A DNA stretch of 48,717 nt, from assembly GCA_963592385.1 (NCBI GenBank), contig CAVAWX010000002.1, positions 1-48,717 on the forward strand, given 5' to 3'. Source of the DNA: Acidaminococcaceae bacterium. Its GTDB lineage: Bacteria; Actinomycetota; Coriobacteriia; Coriobacteriales; QAMH01. The notes beneath the pieces are model-generated. The model made no database searches. It had not been told where the DNA came from and saw only the letters and a list, made by a program, of their open reading frames with translations. Below, piece after piece: positions 45,701-48,717 of the stretch (position 1 is its first letter; each line of letters starts with the position of its first letter). The position numbers and the translations under genes were made by a program.

Positions 45701-46921
45701 TTACGCGCAGCGTTTCGCCAGCTCGTCGGCGATGGCCGCGATGAACTCCTCGGTGCCGAGCTTTTGCGGGTCCGGCAGCGTCGTGATGGCCACGAGGTCG
45801 CCCGTCATCTGCCCGCTTTCCACCGTGGCAAGCGTCGCCGCCTCCAGCTTGTCTGCAAACGCCGCCAGCTCCGGCGTGCCGTCCAGTTCGCCGCGCTTTC
45901 TCAATGCGCCCGTCCACGCGAAGATGGTCGCGATGGGGTTCGTGGAGGTGGGCTGCCCCTTCAGGTGCTTGTAGTAGTGGCGTTGCACCGTGCCGTGCGC
46001 GGCCTCGTACTCCCACCAGCCGTGCGGGCTGACCAGCACGCTCGTCATCATGGCCAGGCTGCCGAAGGCCGTCGAGACCATGTCGCTCATCACGTCGCCG
46101 TCGTAGTTCTTGCAGGCCCAGATGAAGCCGCCCTCGCTGCGCACGACGCGGGCCACGGCGTCGTCGATCAGGGTGTAGAAGTATTCGATGCCCGCCTCGG
46201 CGAAGCGCTGCTCGTATTCGGCGGCGAAGATCTCGGCGAAGACGTCCTTGAAGCGGTGGTCGTAGGTCTTCGAGATGGTGTCCTTGGCGGCAAACCAGAG
46301 GTCTTGGCCGGTCTCGAGCGCATACGAGAAGCAGCTGCGCGCGAAGCCCTCGATGGAGTCGTCGAGGTTGTGCATGCCCTCGGCGATGCCCGGGCCGGCG
46401 AACTCGTGCACGCACAGGCGCTGCTCCAGGCCCGCGTCGCCGCTTTCCGGGGTGAAGACGAGCTCGACTTTGCCCGCGCCCGGCACGCGCATCTCGACGT
46501 CGCGGTAGAGGTCGCCGTAGGCGTGGCGCGCGATGGTGATGGGCTTTTTCCAGGTGCGCACGTACGGCTCGATGCCGCGCACGAGGATGGGGGCGCGGAA
46601 GACCGTGCCGTCGAGCATGGCGCGTATGGTGCCGTTGGGGCTCTTCCACATCTCGTGCAGGTCGTATTCGTCCATGCGCGCGGCGTTGGGGGTGATGGTC
46701 GCGCACTTCACCGCCACGCCGTATTTCTTGGTGGCCTCGGCCGCCGCCACCGTGACGGCGTCGCGCGTCTCGTCGCGGTGCGCCAGCCCCAGGTCGTAGT
46801 ACTCGGTGTTCAGCTCGATGTAGGGCGCGAGCAGCTCGTCTTTGATCATCTGCCAGATGATGCGCGTCATCTCGTCGCCGTCCATCTCGACGAGCGGGGT
46901 CTTCATCTCGATCTTCGCCAT
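45701..46921 (-). CDS. icd: NADP-dependent isocitrate dehydrogenase (about 400-aa IDH1-like type)
   Basis: [60 protein letters not shown]. Confidence 0.93.
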   Translation of the reverse strand: MAKIEMKTPLVEMDGDEMTRIIWQMIKDELLAPYIELNTEYYDLGLAHRDETRDAVTVAAAEATKKYGVAVKCATITPNAARMDEYDLHEMWKSPNGTIRAMLDGTVFRAPILVRGIEPYVRTWKKPITIARHAYGDLYRDVEMRVPGAGKVELVFTPESGDAGLEQRLCVHEFAGPGIAEGMHNLDDSIEGFARSCFSYALETGQDLWFAAKDTISKTYDHRFKDVFAEIFAAEYEQRFAEAGIEYFYTLIDDAVARVVRSEGGFIWACKNYDGDVMSDMVSTAFGSLAMMTSVLVSPHGWWEYEAAHGTVQRHYYKHLKGQPTSTNPIATIFAWTGALRKRGELDGTPELAAFADKLEAATLATVESGQMTGDLVAITTLPDPQKLGTEEFIAAIADELAKRCA

Positions 46922-47257
46922 GGAAAACGCTCCTTTGTCGCATGCGTGCGCGTCGCTTGTGCCGTTCACGCCGGGCCATGTGGACGTTCTATTGTAGCCG
47001 TTTCGGGCGCCCGTTCCCGTGTGCTGAAACCGCGCTTTTCGGGTGTGCGTAGTGTGGGTGAAAGGGTGCGGCGCACGCGGGCGGGTGAAAGGGGGCAGCG
47101 CGTGTGGCGTGGGTGAGACGGGGGCGGCGAGTGGGTCGTGGGCGTTTTGGGTGCAAAGCGTTGCCGAGCTGCCGTGTGGCGTGCGCGGGCGTTTACCCTA
47201 TCATGGAGCGACGTTTGTTTTGGTGAAGTAGACGCCCGTTTTCGATGAAGGAGACCC

Positions 47258-48145
47258 GTGGCACTGGCGCTTCTCATATCGCTGCTCGCCGGCGCGACCA
47301 TCGTGCTCGGCGGCCTCGTCGTGCGCCTCTCGCGCGGGGCGGCCCGCATCGAGCATTTCTCCATCGCGCTCGCCGCCGGCTCCATGCTCGCGCTGCTCGT
47401 CTTCGACCTGGGGCCGGAGGTCCTCGAGGGTTGCGGCGAAGGGGCCTACGTGCAGGTCGTCGTCGGCCTCGTCGTCGGCTTTCTGGGGCTTGTCGCTCTC
47501 GACGGCGCCATCCCCGACCACGACGCGGGCGGCGCGCACGACGCGCACGGGGAGCACGGCGCCGTAGCCTCTGCTGATGCCGATGCTGCCATCACGAGCA
47601 CCGCCGCTGTCGCCGGCGACGCCGTGCCCGCCGACTCTGCCCACGCCCACGCCCACGCTCACGTCCACGATCACGCGCACGTTCACGACCACACACCTTC
47701 ACCCGCCAACGCCGTGCACATCGGCATCATCTCCGCCGTCGCCATCATCCTGCACAACATCATCGAGGGCATGGCCGTCTACAGCGTCGCGCTTTCCGCG
47801 CCCGCAGACGGCGCGCTCTACGCCTTCGCCATCGCCTTGCACAACATCCCCGTCGGCATGCTCCTCTTCTCCACGCTGGAGAAAAGCCGCCCCACCACGC
47901 GCCGCGTCGCCGTCGCCGCCGTCACCTTCTCCACCTTCGCGGGCGGCGTGGCTATGGCGGCGCTCTCGCACGCGGTGCCCGAGGAGGTCATGGTCTTTTT
48001 CGTCGCGGCCGCCGCGGGCATGATCTGCTACATACTCGTCATGGAGCTGGCGGGCCGCCTCGTGCGCAGCCGCCCGGTCTGGGTGTCTGTCGCGGGCTGC
48101 GTCGCCGGCTTTCTCATCGTGGTCGTGGCGTCGCAGTTTGGGTGA
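47258..48145 (+). CDS. ZIP family metal (Zn/Fe) transporter with a His-rich loop
   Basis: 295 aa. TM segments flank a His/Asp/Ala-rich loop. ZIP signature HNIIEGMAV...HNIPVGM. GTG start after AAGGAG. Confidence 0.85.
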   Translation: MALALLISLLAGATIVLGGLVVRLSRGAARIEHFSIALAAGSMLALLVFDLGPEVLEGCGEGAYVQVVVGLVVGFLGLVALDGAIPDHDAGGAHDAHGEHGAVASADADAAITSTAAVAGDAVPADSAHAHAHAHVHDHAHVHDHTPSPANAVHIGIISAVAIILHNIIEGMAVYSVALSAPADGALYAFAIALHNIPVGMLLFSTLEKSRPTTRRVAVAAVTFSTFAGGVAMAALSHAVPEEVMVFFVAAAAGMICYILVMELAGRLVRSRPVWVSVAGCVAGFLIVVVASQFG

Positions 48146-48160
48146 AGGGGAGGAGCGCGC

Positions 48161-48541
48161 ATGGTGAAGGTGTCAGACGAGCAGTTCGACGAGATGGTGG
48201 GAGATGCCATCGACTCGATCCCCGAGGAGTTTCTAGACGAGCTGGACAACGTGGTCTTCCTCGTGGAAGACGAGCCGAGCGCGCAGCAGGTGGCCGACGA
48301 CATCGCCGACGGCGGCACGGGCGACATGCTGGGGCTGTACTCCGGGGTGAACCTCTACGAGCGCGGCGACTACTACAGCGGCGATCTGCCCGACAGCATC
48401 ACCGTGTTCAAAGGGCCGCACGAGCGCATGTGCGACAGCGCCGCCGAGCTGGCCGAGGAGGTGCGCCGCACCGTCGTGCACGAGGTGGGGCACTATTTCG
48501 GCATGGACGAGGACCAGGTCGACGAGATGGGCTATGCCTAG
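48161..48541 (+). CDS. Zincin-like metallopeptidase family protein (Zincin_1/DUF1025-like)
   Basis: 126 aa, acidic, with HExxH (VVHEVGHYFGMDE). The ATG follows the ZIP stop after a GGGGAGGAG SD. Confidence 0.8.
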   Translation: MVKVSDEQFDEMVGDAIDSIPEEFLDELDNVVFLVEDEPSAQQVADDIADGGTGDMLGLYSGVNLYERGDYYSGDLPDSITVFKGPHERMCDSAAELAEEVRRTVVHEVGHYFGMDEDQVDEMGYA

Positions 48542-48717
48542 AGCAGGGGCCGCGGGAATCTGCTACCATGGGTGCGTTTAAGTGACAGTTGAGCGGGCGC
48601 CGAAAGAAGGCGCTCGGATGATGTGAAAACGGGCGCACGCGTAGGGCGCTTTGGCAAAAGCGGGAGACGAGGCGAAGAGTATGCCGACCGAAAACAATCT
48701 GCTCGGGGGGGGGTCTT

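Noticed and set aside
48681-48717. Possible start of a further CDS (ATG 48681, MPTENNLLGGG…) at the window edge.
   Set aside because: Only 12 codons are visible and the SD is weak. This is not assessable.

Overview
This is a high-GC chromosomal window. Gene content and order look Actinomycetota-like, possibly Coriobacteriia or Eggerthellaceae, but that placement is inference only. Most of the window is core genome.

Gene order, left to right:
- tRNA-Arg(ACG).
- A queuosine block: queH and a small membrane protein on the minus strand, then queA and tgt.
- A complete dcw division and cell-wall cluster: mraZ, rsmH, ftsL-like, ftsI, murE, murF, mraY, murD, ftsW, murG, murC, ftsQ, ftsZ.
- The ylm block: pgeF, yggS, sepF, yggT, divIVA, DUF167.
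- RNase P RNA.
- infA, rpmJ, rpsM, rpsK, rpsD, rpoA, rplQ, plus an orphan acyl carrier protein.
- A methionine block: methionine gamma-lyase, a MATE exporter, metQ, metN, metI.
- A tyrosine phosphatase and a Ski2-like DExH helicase on the minus strand.
- A glutaredoxin-like protein.
- A three-gene insert whose GC visibly falls toward its 3' end: a YhcG/DUF1016 PDDEXK nuclease, a Fic protein with a non-canonical motif, and a Zn-ribbon protein whose C-terminal half aligns by eye with the L7/L12 C-terminal domain.
- alaA.
- helD and icd on the minus strand.
- A ZIP metal transporter and a zincin-like peptidase.

Main second-look items:
1. The YhcG-Fic-ZnR/L12-like insert is the best candidate for an undescribed system. 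Its function is entirely hypothetical.
2. An imperfect 26-bp tandem duplication frameshifts rsmH.
3. A 42-bp in-frame tandem duplication lies in murG, and several other imperfect tandem duplications sit in housekeeping genes.
4. MraZ-box-like 10-bp repeats lie inside a near-consensus promoter upstream of mraZ.
5. FtsL, FtsW and FtsQ carry long Arg/Ser-rich disordered tails, and L17 carries a Lys/Ala/Glu tail.

The many long alternate-frame and antisense ORFs in the track are high-GC artefacts.
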